From: Leptolyngbyaceae cyanobacterium
Lineage (GTDB): Bacteria; Cyanobacteriota; Cyanobacteriia; Phormidesmidales; Phormidesmidaceae
NCBI GenBank assembly: GCA_050331235.1
Contig: JBHJHA010000010.1
Span: forward strand, 20,195 to 84,194
DNA: 64,000 nucleotides
Reading direction: 5' to 3'
Below, piece after piece: positions 1 to 10,397 of the stretch. Both the position numbers and the translations under genes were made by a program. The first letter of the stretch is position 1; each line of letters starts with the position of its first letter. The notes beneath the pieces were generated by a model. That model searched no databases. It was not told the origin of the DNA and worked only from the letters and a program-made list of their open reading frames with translations.

Positions 1-77
1 ACCGTTAGTATCAGGGTTTCGCGTCCGGCATTGAGTTCAATTTCTCCTTCAGCGGGCAAAAGTTCTCCAGGGATCAT
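1..77 (-). CDS. ureB: Urease subunit beta, 5' part (runs off the window)
   Basis: ATG at 77 reads [25 protein letters not shown], the typical UreB N-terminus; directly downstream of ureA. Confidence 0.93.
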   Translation of the reverse strand, partial: MIPGELLPAEGEIELNAGRETLILT

Positions 78-152
78 TAATGGTCTCCAGTTTGGCAAAT
101 AACGAATGGGTCGGGTGATCGCTCACGGTTTAGCAATTAGGCGTAATGAATT

Positions 153-455
153 CTAGGAAATCGGATTATGTACCGTCACTAGCTTAGTGCCATCGGGAAA
201 TGTCGCTTCTACCTGTACCTCGTCGATCATGGCGGGAATGCCCTCCATCACATCATCTTGAGTCAGCAGTGTCGTGCCATAGTGCATCAAGTCAGCAACC
301 GTGCGCCCTTCACGAGCCCCCTCTAAAATGGCTGCTGACAGATACGCTACCGCTTCTGGATAGTTAAGCTTGAGTCCTCGCTCTTTGCGACGTTCGGCGA
401 GCAGTGCAGCCGTAAAAATCAGCAGTTTGTCCTTTTCCTGGGGTGAAAGTTGCAT
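153..455 (-). CDS. ureA: Urease subunit gamma
   Basis: 100 aa, [14 protein letters not shown]...KLNYPEAVA...[17 protein letters not shown]. Confidence 0.98.
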   Translation of the reverse strand: MQLSPQEKDKLLIFTAALLAERRKERGLKLNYPEAVAYLSAAILEGAREGRTVADLMHYGTTLLTQDDVMEGIPAMIDEVQVEATFPDGTKLVTVHNPIS

Positions 456-728
456 AGGTGCCGATGGGTTGTAACGAGTCTGACAATACGCTGAAAAGCC
501 CGTAAATACTGTGCCAGATTAACTGATTTTTACACTTGTTCAGACGATCTAATTCCCAATAAATCAACCTGTTGGGATACTTAAGGGAGAGCCGTAGTGT
601 ATGATAATTCGTTAAAATTACGGAAAGCGGCTTTGTAAAGCAGTTCCATTTCCTCGGCGCGCCACTTTTTTAAAGTCACCTTACCGTGATTCGCTCATGT
701 TTTCTCAGTTACGCCGACTGAGCCCCCT

Positions 729-1334
729 TTGCCCATTGTTGTAGACGAGATGCAGGACTTTAAACCTCAGTTATCCACTCGGGATGGTGAAACCAGGCGG
801 TTATCACCAGATTCCGAAGAAGTACAAAAAGAGCTTCAGCTTATGCAAGATACCCACTTGCTGCTGAGGAACATGGCTGAGCGAGAAAAGGCGACCCTTA
901 AAACAATCTTGGACGGTTTGTATGAAGTCGGGTCGGCGCGACTCATCAACAAAGAGGTGAGCATCAGCGCTTTGCGGGGACCGCTGAAAAAGATTGCTCA
1001 CTTCAGTAAGCCGGTGTTTCGTCTCTTTGCTTGGCGCTGGGTAAAGCGGAACTGTCCAGAGTTAGTGACCAATTGGCTCTATACCCAAGCTCGCTTTGGT
1101 GAACGCTCTCTTCTGTTAGAAGCCGTTGAAGACAATATTCAGCCGATTGATGTGCTGCCCTCTCGAGAACCGCTGCCCCTAATGGGAGACACCGAAGCGG
1201 AGGAACCAGAGACGCTTTCTCCCATTGTGGAAAAACAGGCTGAAGAAATTTTGCTACTCCGGACCCGGATTACGCGGCTTTCTATTGCGCTTTTGGTGCT
1301 GTCTGGTGTCGTCTGCCTCAAGATTTTTGTTTGA
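729..1334 (+). CDS. Hypothetical protein with C-terminal membrane anchor (start could be ATG 750)
   Basis: 201-aa ORF; basic/aromatic segment FAWRWVKRNCPELVTNWLY; hydrophobic C-terminal helix. Confidence 0.75.
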   Translation: MPIVVDEMQDFKPQLSTRDGETRRLSPDSEEVQKELQLMQDTHLLLRNMAEREKATLKTILDGLYEVGSARLINKEVSISALRGPLKKIAHFSKPVFRLFAWRWVKRNCPELVTNWLYTQARFGERSLLLEAVEDNIQPIDVLPSREPLPLMGDTEAEEPETLSPIVEKQAEEILLLRTRITRLSIALLVLSGVVCLKIFV

Positions 1335-1480
1335 CCGTTGCTGGGCTCAACGAGTACTCGTTGCCATCTGAGAGGTTTTTTCCCAAGGGCGATCGCTTTG
1401 CATTGAGAGCGATAAGTGACTCACTGAGGTCAAAATTTCCTATTCTGTAAACAAACCATTGCACGGCAAGCGGGGTATTT

Positions 1481-2740
1481 GTGAAACAGATATCGAGCCC
1501 TTTTAAGCGAATTTGGCAGCGCTTTACCGTTAATGAATCGCAAATTGCGGAGCATTTACAGGCCGTGCGGCAGCAATTGCCTACTACAGAAGTGATCTTA
1601 CTGGGCAAACCCCAAACGGGTAAGAGTTCTATTGTGAGAGGTATGACGGGGCAGTCCGTCGATATCGTAGGGCAAGGATTTCGGCCTCATACCCGCAGTA
1701 CGCAACAATATCCTTACCCATCGGCGGAGCTGCCACTGCTCATTTTTACCGACACTGTTGGGTTGGGAGATATCGAACGCAACTCCGCCGAGATCATCGA
1801 CGACTTGACCCAAACCCTGAAGGCCGACGTGACGAGATCGCGCATTTTCATTCTCACGGTCAAAGTCAATGACTTTGCCAATGACAGTTTGGCTCAGGTG
1901 ATTACCCGGCTCAAGCAAGATTTTCCCCAGATTCCTTGCTTACTGGTGCTGACCTGCCTACACGAGCTGTATCCCTCCCCAACGGATGAGCATCCAGACT
2001 ACCCGCCACAGTTTGACGCCATCGCCCGAGCCACTGCAGCAACGGAAGAGAGCTTTGGTCATTTGAGCGATCGCACCCTGCTGCTCGACTTTACCCTAGA
2101 GGAAGACGGCTATGATCCCGTGTTTTACGGACTGCCGGCCCTGCAATCGGCCTTGGATCAGTTGCTGCCTCAGGCTCAAGCCCAAGCCATTCACCAACTG
2201 TTAGAAACTGACGAGCGGGGCAGGGCCATTGGCGACTTATATCGCCGCGCTGCTCGGCACTACATTAGTGCGTTTGCCGTTATGGTGGGGATTGCCGCCG
2301 CCGTGCCCCTCCCCTTTGCCACGATGCCGGTGTTAACAAGTCTCCAAATATCAATGGTGATCGTGCTTGGCCGAGTCTATCAGCAGCCACTGACCTTTGG
2401 CCAAGCGCTGAGCGTCATCGGCACCCTGGCGGGAGGCTTCTTTGCCCAGGCGATCGGTCGAGAGTTAGTTAAGTTTATTCCCGGCATTGGCAGCGTAATT
2501 TCCACCTCGTGGGCCGTGGCCTACACTTGGGCGCTAGGCGAGGGGACTTGCCTGTATTTTGGCGATCTGTTAGCCGGCAAGAAACCCAATCCTGAGGCGA
2601 TTCAAACACTGATGGGCTCAACCTACAAACAGGTTAAGCAAAACTGGCAGCACGCCCAAAGCAACCACTCGCCTTTAGCGGCTGAATCTGCCCCGAGTGC
2701 CGCCTCGAGGCAGATTCGCGATGATGTCCCTAATCGCTGA
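1481..2740 (+). CDS. P-loop GTPase with C-terminal YcjF/DUF697-like hydrophobic domain
   Basis: G1 GKPQTGKS, G2 PHT, G3 DTVG; C-terminal AAAVPLPFATMPVLTSLQ...LVKFIPGIG typical of DUF697-type domains. Confidence 0.85.
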   Translation: MKQISSPFKRIWQRFTVNESQIAEHLQAVRQQLPTTEVILLGKPQTGKSSIVRGMTGQSVDIVGQGFRPHTRSTQQYPYPSAELPLLIFTDTVGLGDIERNSAEIIDDLTQTLKADVTRSRIFILTVKVNDFANDSLAQVITRLKQDFPQIPCLLVLTCLHELYPSPTDEHPDYPPQFDAIARATAATEESFGHLSDRTLLLDFTLEEDGYDPVFYGLPALQSALDQLLPQAQAQAIHQLLETDERGRAIGDLYRRAARHYISAFAVMVGIAAAVPLPFATMPVLTSLQISMVIVLGRVYQQPLTFGQALSVIGTLAGGFFAQAIGRELVKFIPGIGSVISTSWAVAYTWALGEGTCLYFGDLLAGKKPNPEAIQTLMGSTYKQVKQNWQHAQSNHSPLAAESAPSAASRQIRDDVPNR

Positions 2741-2754
2741 TGGAGGAGTTTGCC

Positions 2755-4689
2755 ATGCTGAAGTTGCAACAGTGGCAGTGGGGACTGTTGATTGCGCCCC
2801 CTGTGCTATTGGTCGGTGGGTTGGCCGTTTTAGCCGGGATGCAGTTGCAGACCTGGGGGGTGAGTTGGGTTTGGGGCCTAGTTGCCATTGCTGTTGTGGG
2901 GTGGCGATGGCTGTTGAGCCGCTGGACCAAGCCCGATGCAACGGCCTTGCAAACTCAGTTATCAACGGTGCGATCGCAGCTACAGGAAACCTTAGGCGAA
3001 ACGGCTGAAACCGTCCCCGCCACAGAGGTTGAAGCGGTCCTACAGCGAGCCTTAGAAACCACCCAAGCTGATGCACCCCTATGGGAAGATTGGCCAACCT
3101 TTGCCCAGCGTTGTCAAACCCTTGTTCAAGACGTGGCCCACCTCTACCATCCCGAGGAAAAATATCCGCTCTTGAATATTTACGTCCCCCAGGCCTACGG
3201 GTTGATTCGCGGAACGGTAGATGACTTGGATCGCTATATGTCGGTTGCAGCGCCCGCGCTCAATCAAGTAACCGTGGCCCAGGTATATCAGACCTATGAG
3301 ACCTATCAGGCGGTAGCGACTCCAATGCGCCGGCTGATGGCGATCGTCGATTTGAGCCGCTGGCTTTGGAATCCCATTGCGGCTGTGGCTCGTGAGATTG
3401 GTCGGCCCCTTAGTCAGCAAGCCAATCAACAGCTGTTGTTGAACTTTAGCCAAACCCTGAGGGAGACTGCGCTGACCCTGTTGTGCAAGCAGGCGATCGC
3501 CCTGTATAGCGGTGATACGGCTCTGCAGGTGTCGCCTACCCTTCCCGCAACGGAGCAAAGTCAAACGTTGCGATCGCTCATGGAATCGGCAGAGTCAGAT
3601 ACCGATATCGCTACAGAACCCCTGAATCTGTTGCTTGTGGGTCGCACCGGCGCGGGCAAAAGCAGCTTGATCAACACCCTCTTTCAGCAAGATCGCGCTG
3701 CGGTGGATGTGTTGCCCAGCACCGACCAAATTACCCAATACCGGTGGGAAACCGCCGCTGACGAGGTGCTTAACCTATGGGATTCTCCTGGTTACGAGCA
3801 AGTTGATCGCCCTGACCTGCGTCAGCAGGTACTTGAGCAAGCGATTCAGGCAGACTTGATTTTACTCGTCAGCCCCGCATTAGATCCGGCCTTAGAGGTT
3901 GACGTCGCCTTCCTCCAAGCACTGGCTGAGACGGGCCAGCCGATCCCCAGCATTTTGGTGTTGACCCAGGTTGATCGGCTGCGACCCATTCGTGAGTGGG
4001 ATCCGCCCTATGACTGGCAGCAGGGCGATCGCCCTAAAGAGCAAAACATCCGCGCGGCGGTGGCCTACCGCCAAAGTCAGCTTGATGCCTGGGTACAGGC
4101 CGTGTGGCCCCTGGTGACTCAGTCCCAGGCTGACGAGCGAACTTCCTGGGGCAGCAATGCCTTAGCACAGGAGTTGTTAGCGGCGATCGCTCCGGCCAAG
4201 TCACAGCGCCTCGCCCAATTTCTCCGCAGTCGTGAAGCCCGCATCACCGCTGCCATTCGCTTAGTCAATCGCTACGCCGTACAAATGGCAAGCGGTCAGG
4301 GCGTCATCGCCTTGGTTAAAACTCCGCTATTTGCGTTTCTCTCGGCCCGCTTTGCTGGCACGCCGGAGCTCGGGACTCTGCTGGCCCAGTCCCTCCCCGC
4401 CGAACAAGTGCCCGTTGTCGCCAGCAAGATCATGCTTACTTATGAACTGGCGGGACTGCTCCATGAGCGCGATTCCCTGTTTCGCCCTGGGGAGATCCTT
4501 CAACTCTGGCCGATTTTACTTCAGGGCGGCGACCATCCTCCCGCCCAAACTGCCTGGGCCTGGGGGCAAGCTCTGGTGGAATACTGGACTAAACACCTCA
4601 GCCTGGAAGGGCTAAAAACCCGCTACGCAGACTACCTTAATCAGCCCCAGGTCCTGCCGCTAGAAATCAGCGGCTCTCCCGATGACTGA
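2755..4689 (+). CDS. Membrane-anchored Era/YeeP-like GTPase
   Basis: SD GGAGGAG at 2742-2748 before ATG 2755; two N-terminal TM segments; G1 GRTGAGKS, G3 DSPG, G4 TQVD. Confidence 0.85.
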   Translation: MLKLQQWQWGLLIAPPVLLVGGLAVLAGMQLQTWGVSWVWGLVAIAVVGWRWLLSRWTKPDATALQTQLSTVRSQLQETLGETAETVPATEVEAVLQRALETTQADAPLWEDWPTFAQRCQTLVQDVAHLYHPEEKYPLLNIYVPQAYGLIRGTVDDLDRYMSVAAPALNQVTVAQVYQTYETYQAVATPMRRLMAIVDLSRWLWNPIAAVAREIGRPLSQQANQQLLLNFSQTLRETALTLLCKQAIALYSGDTALQVSPTLPATEQSQTLRSLMESAESDTDIATEPLNLLLVGRTGAGKSSLINTLFQQDRAAVDVLPSTDQITQYRWETAADEVLNLWDSPGYEQVDRPDLRQQVLEQAIQADLILLVSPALDPALEVDVAFLQALAETGQPIPSILVLTQVDRLRPIREWDPPYDWQQGDRPKEQNIRAAVAYRQSQLDAWVQAVWPLVTQSQADERTSWGSNALAQELLAAIAPAKSQRLAQFLRSREARITAAIRLVNRYAVQMASGQGVIALVKTPLFAFLSARFAGTPELGTLLAQSLPAEQVPVVASKIMLTYELAGLLHERDSLFRPGEILQLWPILLQGGDHPPAQTAWAWGQALVEYWTKHLSLEGLKTRYADYLNQPQVLPLEISGSPDD

Positions 4690-4698
4690 GTTTCAAAG

Positions 4699-5442
4699 AT
4701 GGTGACCCTTGAAAACCAGATTATGAATTGCAAGTTGTATTACTGGCCAGTGCCGTTTCGAGGCAACTTCATCCGTGTGTTGTTGGCAGAGGCCGGCGAA
4801 AAATATGACGAAGCCACGGATGAGGAAATCGTGGATTTGATGTCGCTACCGCTCCAGGAACAACCTCTGCCATCTATGGCGCCTCCTTTTTTTTACGATG
4901 GGGATAGCAATATTTTTCTCAGTCAAATGCCGGCGATTGTGATGTATCTGGCCGACAAGCTCAACTTGCTACCCGATGACCCGTGGCGATCGCACCTTTG
5001 CCTCAAATTACTATTAGACAGCAACGACGTGCTGATTGACATCACTAATTGGAACGGTACGGCCATGTGGGATCGTGCCTCTTGGCGGCAGTTTCGCACA
5101 GAGCGCTTAAAACGATGGCTGGAGCTATTTGAGCAGCTGGGCCAGCAGTTTGGGCTAGGGTCCACGAGCGTCTATCTGCTCGGCGGGACGCAAATCACGG
5201 TGGCTGACTTGGCTACCTACGCCCTGTGGGGTACGATGACTCGCTGTTTGCCCCAGCTTAGGGCAGATTGCCAGCAACAGGCTCCCCATATATATGAGTT
5301 GTGCCAGCAAATCGAACAGCGCCCAAAAGTTCAGCAGTTTGTCAAAGCCCAGTTAGCGAAGTCCGACGATTTGTACTGTGGTGGCCAAATCGAAAGGTCC
5401 ATTCGGCACATGCTTGAGCAAGACGCCACTAATGCTTCTTGA
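4699..5442 (+). CDS. Glutathione S-transferase family protein
   Basis: KLYYWPVPFRGNFIRVLL, APPF, LSQMPAIVMYLA, and C-terminal YLLGGTQITVADL GST motifs. Confidence 0.85.
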   Translation: MVTLENQIMNCKLYYWPVPFRGNFIRVLLAEAGEKYDEATDEEIVDLMSLPLQEQPLPSMAPPFFYDGDSNIFLSQMPAIVMYLADKLNLLPDDPWRSHLCLKLLLDSNDVLIDITNWNGTAMWDRASWRQFRTERLKRWLELFEQLGQQFGLGSTSVYLLGGTQITVADLATYALWGTMTRCLPQLRADCQQQAPHIYELCQQIEQRPKVQQFVKAQLAKSDDLYCGGQIERSIRHMLEQDATNAS

Positions 5443-5759
5443 CCCCTAGGGATTGGCCCGGCAAGCCGAGCAGATCAAGCCACATAGAGCACCGCTTCAG
5501 CTTTACGTCGCTGCGATAAACCTGATTTGTTTGATTCCCAGCTGCTGGCTGCCCTGGCTGTCGTGCTTGTGCCCAAAATGCAGCCGCTAGGCCCAATAGA
5601 GCAGTGGTGATCGGTAAATACTCAAATCGTTGACATAGTCGATCTAATCAAGCTGGCCCTTTCTTATTTACTCGCAACAACTCCTGCCGAACTTCGTAGT
5701 CGTCAATCTGGAGCCACCCTATTTCGGATGTGATATCGCAGATTACTCCGATTCATCTT

Positions 5760-6500
5760 TCAATTGTGCACTGCCTCAATAAGCTGAGACAGATCCGTTT
5801 TTCCCGCTTCCAGCCAACCTAGAGTTTGCAGCCTCTCTAGCTCGTTAGGAGATGGAGTCGAGGTCTGTCGCAGGCGGCGCCCGCTTTGCCACAACAGCGG
5901 TAAAGCGCTGAGGGCGATCGCCACTGCGACAACCGTACCGATGAGAGTATCAGCCCACACCCAATGGCAAAACGTGACCGCGATCGCCGCTAAAATTGCC
6001 CCTACCGAACCGAGCAGGTCGGCCAATACATGTAAAAAGACACCTCGAATATTGAGGTCTTGGCGCAAGTCACCATGCAGCCAATATAAATTCATCCCGT
6101 TAATGAGCAGCCCTAAGCAAGAGGTCACCAGCATCGGCCAACTCAGAATTTCAGTGGGGGTCCCTTGCCAATGGGTCCACGCTTCGCGCCCAATCCACAT
6201 CGCCATCGCCAATAGTGCAAATCCATTGACTAAGGCCGCTAACAGCTCGACCCGGTGATTACCCCAGAGCACCGATCGCGATCGCTGGGCAAAGGAAGCC
6301 GCTGCTAGAGCAATGGCGATCGCGAATCCATCCGTCAGCATATGACCCGAGTCAGCCCGCAGGGTTAGGCTATGGCTCAGCCCACCTACCCAGAGCTCGA
6401 CGCCGGCAAACAATATCACGCTGGCCATAACCACCAAGAGCCATCGCTGTTTGAGTTGGGGCTGGCAGCAACTAGATGGATGAATCGCTGAATGCTTCAC
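5760..6500 (-). CDS. Cation diffusion facilitator (CzcD/ZitB-like) without the cytoplasmic C-terminal domain
   Basis: HSLTLRADSGHMLTD, RVELLAALVNG, DLNIRGVFLHVLADLLGS; six hydrophobic segments. Confidence 0.9.
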   Translation of the reverse strand: MKHSAIHPSSCCQPQLKQRWLLVVMASVILFAGVELWVGGLSHSLTLRADSGHMLTDGFAIAIALAAASFAQRSRSVLWGNHRVELLAALVNGFALLAMAMWIGREAWTHWQGTPTEILSWPMLVTSCLGLLINGMNLYWLHGDLRQDLNIRGVFLHVLADLLGSVGAILAAIAVTFCHWVWADTLIGTVVAVAIALSALPLLWQSGRRLRQTSTPSPNELERLQTLGWLEAGKTDLSQLIEAVHN

Positions 6501-6836
6501 AGAATGAACTGACCGATAACAGTAAATTAGCCTAAGAATACCCTAGAGAACTCTGTCGCTAAGGTCGAAATTTTGGCCACTTCGCAAATGCAAGCCTTGA
6601 ATCCGTTGACTCGTTACAAACATTCCCCGCGGGCTGGCTCAATGACCCTTCTCTCCTGACTCGACTTAGTAAGCCAGCCACGGGTTCCCGCTTGAGCAGG
6701 CCGAGACGCCAGTCTAAGCCGAACTTTGACGAGGCTCATGGTTCGCTGCGATCGCTTTGGCTTAAAAGATTTCATTAAACATGGCTTAAGCGGAATGTTA
6801 AACTGGCATCTGCGCTTTAAAGGACTGCAGGTCTCA

Positions 6837-8084
6837 ATGCCTCAGCGAGTCTTATTTATTAGTAACGGTCACGGGGAAGACAATCACTCTGCTTACGTCA
6901 TCCGAACATTGCGAGAGTTAGCCCCGGAAATCGACATTGCGGCCATTCCTATCGTGGGCGAAGGGAATGCTTATCGCCGCTTAGGGGTGCCGATCTTAGG
7001 CCCGACTCAGGTGCTCCCCTCGGGCGGGTTTACCTACGTCAATCGGTGGCTGCTACTGAAGGATATTCGGGCCGGTTTGCTCAATCTCAGCTGGCGTCAG
7101 ATTCGAGCTATTCGACGCCACGGCCCCCAGTTTGATTTGGTTCATGCCACTGGGGATTCGGTTGGTCAAACCTGTGCCTACCTGACCGGGCGTCCTTTTA
7201 TCTCCTTTATTTCCTGTTTGTCGGCTTTGTATGAGGGCCATTTACAAACGGATTTTGTAATGCGCTTTGTGGTGCGATCGCCGCGCTGCCGCGCCGTGAT
7301 TACCCGCGACCCCTACACCGCGGCTGATCTCAAAAAACAGGGTTTCAGCAAGGTGCATTATGGGGGCATTCCCTCCCTCGACTGGCTCATTCCCCAGGGC
7401 AAAGACCTGCAGCTCAACCCAGAGCTCCCCATGGTGGCACTGTTGCCGGGCTCACGTATGCCTGAGGCCGTCCGCAACTTCAAGTTGCAGATGCAGTTCG
7501 TGGTAGAAGCCGTGCGGTTAATGGGCGCAACGGTGCAGTTTCGGGCCGCGTTGGTGCCGGCGCTGATGAGAGAGCTTAGCACCATGGCCGCGGACTTAGG
7601 CTGGCAGTGTGATGACGGCAAGCTGACCTATGAGCTAGAGAACGGCACAACGGCAGCAATTCTTTGCTATGACGATGCTTTCAACGACATTGTTTGCCAC
7701 ACCACATTGGTGATCGGCATGGCCGGTCTGGCGGTCGATCAGGCGGTAGCTTTGGGCAAGCCGGTAATTCAGATTCCCGGGGAAGGGCCGCAGTTCAACT
7801 ATGCCTTTGCCGAGGCTCAAGACCGCCTACTGGGAATTTCGGCCCAAACGATTGGCTCTGGCCCCGCCAGCCCAGAAACGCTCGTCAACGCTGCCCGCTG
7901 CCTGCAAAAAACCCTGCCTGATACCGACTATCTGGAGGCCTGTGTGGATAATGGCCGCGATCGCTTGGGCATTCCAGGCGCTTCTAAGCGCATCGCACAC
8001 CTGATTCTAGACAATTTGCGATCGGGCAGCGCTACGGTATCGGCTGACCTTCGCGCCCAACCAAGAGGAACGATTACTCCGTGA
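6837..8084 (+). CDS. Lipid-A-disaccharide-synthase-related (LpxB-like) GT-B protein
   Basis: LFISNGHGED, PSGGF, LLPGSRMPEA, LGKPVIQIPGEGPQFNYAFAEAQ; ATG 6837 preferred over TTG 6726. Confidence 0.85.
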   Translation: MPQRVLFISNGHGEDNHSAYVIRTLRELAPEIDIAAIPIVGEGNAYRRLGVPILGPTQVLPSGGFTYVNRWLLLKDIRAGLLNLSWRQIRAIRRHGPQFDLVHATGDSVGQTCAYLTGRPFISFISCLSALYEGHLQTDFVMRFVVRSPRCRAVITRDPYTAADLKKQGFSKVHYGGIPSLDWLIPQGKDLQLNPELPMVALLPGSRMPEAVRNFKLQMQFVVEAVRLMGATVQFRAALVPALMRELSTMAADLGWQCDDGKLTYELENGTTAAILCYDDAFNDIVCHTTLVIGMAGLAVDQAVALGKPVIQIPGEGPQFNYAFAEAQDRLLGISAQTIGSGPASPETLVNAARCLQKTLPDTDYLEACVDNGRDRLGIPGASKRIAHLILDNLRSGSATVSADLRAQPRGTITP

Positions 8085-9823
8085 CCGCTATCCCCCCTCA
8101 TCAGCGCCATAGCTATCGACTGCTGATACCGTTTATCCGTCCTCACTTAGGGCGCTTTATTGTTGGCTTTGTCTGCATCTTGGGCTACGTACTATCCACC
8201 CTAGTGCTGCCATACTTGGCTGGGCAAGTAGCCCTGTACATCGGCCAGGGTGATATCCAGCGCATTGGTTACTGGTTAGGGTTGGGAGCACTTATCTTCC
8301 TGGTGCGCAGCATTTTTCAATATTGGGAAAACATCATCATGATCCGCGCCTCTCTAGACGTGGCGCTGGATCTCAGACAAGCAGTGTATGCGCATCTGCA
8401 TCGTCTAGGACTGGACTACTATGAGCGCAACAAGACGGGCGACCTGAGCTACCGCCTCACTGAGGATATTGATCGCATCAGTGAGGTCATCCACAAAATG
8501 TCGCAGCAGTTCATTTCTTGCTTGCTGCAGCTCATTGCCATTCCCATTTACATGCTGTATCTCAACTGGCAGTTGACCCTGGCCGGACTGGTGATTGCTC
8601 CGTTGATGGCCTGGTTGATTGGTGAGTTTGGCAACCGGCTGCTCAAACTCTCGCGTCAGAGCCAAAGCCAAATATCAAGCCTATCGGCTTTGTTGACTGA
8701 GGTATTTGGCAGCATGCGTTTGGTGCAGGCTTTTGCCGCCCAAGATTTTGAAAGGCAACGCTTCAACCAGGAAGCCTTGCACAATCGCAATGTGCGCTAT
8801 CGGGCCGAACAATTGAAAGCGCTGCAATACCCTGTCGTGGGTTTTCTGGAAGCGATTGGGATTATGTTTTTGTTCTTTTTGGGAGGCTGGCAGATTGCTC
8901 AGGGAAACCTCACCCCTCAGGCGTTTGTTAGCTTTTTGGCCGCGATCGCGCTCCTGCTCCATCCGATTGATTTGGTCACCCAGCATTACAACGAGTTTAA
9001 GCAAACCGAAGCCTCGGTAGAACGGGTCTTTGAGCTGATGGCTATATCACCGACCTTAGTGGAAAAAGCCGGGGCTCAGCCACTGCCGCCAGTAACTGGC
9101 AAAGTCGAATACAGTGACATTTCCTTTGCCTACGATCTCGATAAGCCAGTTTTACAGCATTTTGACTTGCGCGTGCATCCGGGAGAAGTGGTGGCCTTAG
9201 TGGGTTCGTCTGGGGCAGGAAAAACGACGCTGATCAACTTGCTGATGCGGTTCTTTGACCCGGTGGATGGTCAGGTCCTCATCGATGGCATCGATATTCG
9301 CGATGTGACTATCGATAGCCTGCGGCGGCAGATCGGCATCGTGCCCCAAGAAATCACGTTATTTTCGGGCAACATCGCTCAAAACATTGCCTATGGAGAG
9401 ATATCGTCCGATTTTGAGCGCATTCAAGCCTCAGCAAAGCTGGCTAATGCTCACAATTTCATTAGCCAGTTTTCCCAGGGCTACCACACCTGGGTAGGCG
9501 AACGGGGAGTGAATCTATCAGGGGGGCAGCGACAGCGCATTGCGATCGCCCGCGCTCTTTATTTCGACCCGCGCATTTTGATTTTAGATGAGGCCACCTC
9601 TGCCCTGGACTCTGAATCTGAGGCATTAGTGCAAGAGGCGCTCGACCGAGCCATGAAAAATCGCACCGTATTTGTCATTGCCCATCGACTCAGCACCGTG
9701 CGCGAAGCTGATCGCATCATCTTTTTAGAAAAAGGCACTGTTCTAGAGTCTGGCACCCATGACGAGCTGCTGAGCTATGGCCAGCGATATGCCCAGTTCT
9801 ATACCCAACAGTTCAAGCCTTAG
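8081..9823 (+). CDS. MsbA-like ABC exporter (TMD + NBD)
   Basis: Walker A GSSGAGKT, signature LSGGQRQ, Walker B LILDEATS, IAHRLST; 4-bp GTGA overlap with upstream gene. Confidence 0.93.
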   Translation: MTAIPPHQRHSYRLLIPFIRPHLGRFIVGFVCILGYVLSTLVLPYLAGQVALYIGQGDIQRIGYWLGLGALIFLVRSIFQYWENIIMIRASLDVALDLRQAVYAHLHRLGLDYYERNKTGDLSYRLTEDIDRISEVIHKMSQQFISCLLQLIAIPIYMLYLNWQLTLAGLVIAPLMAWLIGEFGNRLLKLSRQSQSQISSLSALLTEVFGSMRLVQAFAAQDFERQRFNQEALHNRNVRYRAEQLKALQYPVVGFLEAIGIMFLFFLGGWQIAQGNLTPQAFVSFLAAIALLLHPIDLVTQHYNEFKQTEASVERVFELMAISPTLVEKAGAQPLPPVTGKVEYSDISFAYDLDKPVLQHFDLRVHPGEVVALVGSSGAGKTTLINLLMRFFDPVDGQVLIDGIDIRDVTIDSLRRQIGIVPQEITLFSGNIAQNIAYGEISSDFERIQASAKLANAHNFISQFSQGYHTWVGERGVNLSGGQRQRIAIARALYFDPRILILDEATSALDSESEALVQEALDRAMKNRTVFVIAHRLSTVREADRIIFLEKGTVLESGTHDELLSYGQRYAQFYTQQFKP

Positions 9824-9858
9824 CGGCACTCCCCTATGGGCTAGGTGAACCAGTGAAA

Positions 9859-9889
9859 ATGGGCATTCACAAATTCTGTGAATGCCCAT
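9859..9889. terminator. Stem-loop between convergent ABC exporter and ndk genes
   Basis: ATGGGCATTCACA-aattc-TGTGAATGCCCAT, perfect 13-bp stem; short A-run on the left gives a U-tail on the minus strand. Confidence 0.7.
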
Positions 9890-9947
9890 CCGAGCTTGAC
9901 TAAGCTCTGCGTCTTCGAGTTAGCTTTGAGTTGGCAGCGACGTCATC

Positions 9948-10397
9948 CTATTCGTAGAGCCACGCCTTGGCAGTAGATTCCCAGCTTGCCAGTTCGCCGT
10001 CTTGGAACCACAGGGCGATTTCTTGATTGGCTGTCTCAACTGCATCAGAGCCGTGAATGAGGTTGCGTCCTACAGTGATGCCAAAATCCCCACGAATGGT
10101 TCCCGGAGCTGATTCAATGGGCTTGGTAGCACCGATCATCTTACGGGCGGCAGCGACGACACTTTCGCCTTCCCAAACCATTGCCACCACGGGACCAGAA
10201 GTAATAAAGTCAACCAGCCCAGCAAAAAAAGGCTTGCCCTCGTGCTCACCATAGTGCTGCTTGGCGAGTTCTTTCGATACCTGCATGAGTTTCATCCCCA
10301 CCAAAGTAAAGCCCTTGCTCTCAAAGCGGCCGATGACCTCACCGATCAGGCCCCGCTGAACTCCATCGGGCTTGATCATAATAAACGTGCGTTCCAC
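9948..10397 (-). CDS. ndk: Nucleoside-diphosphate kinase
   Basis: [19 protein letters not shown]...PGTIRGDF...RNLIHGSD. Confidence 0.98.
   Translation of the reverse strand: MERTFIMIKPDGVQRGLIGEVIGRFESKGFTLVGMKLMQVSKELAKQHYGEHEGKPFFAGLVDFITSGPVVAMVWEGESVVAAARKMIGATKPIESAPGTIRGDFGITVGRNLIHGSDAVETANQEIALWFQDGELASWESTAKAWLYE

Noticed and set aside
456..728. NtcA box upstream of ureA
   Set aside because: Only an imperfect GTA-N8-GAC at 471-484, too close to the start codon to support a call
5445..5760. Possible gene remnant between GST and CDF
   Set aside because: Short open stretches on the minus strand with no start and no recognisable motif
6627..6684. Long-loop stem GGCTGGCT...AGCCAGCC as a structured RNA
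   Set aside because: Single short stem in GC-rich DNA with no known motif
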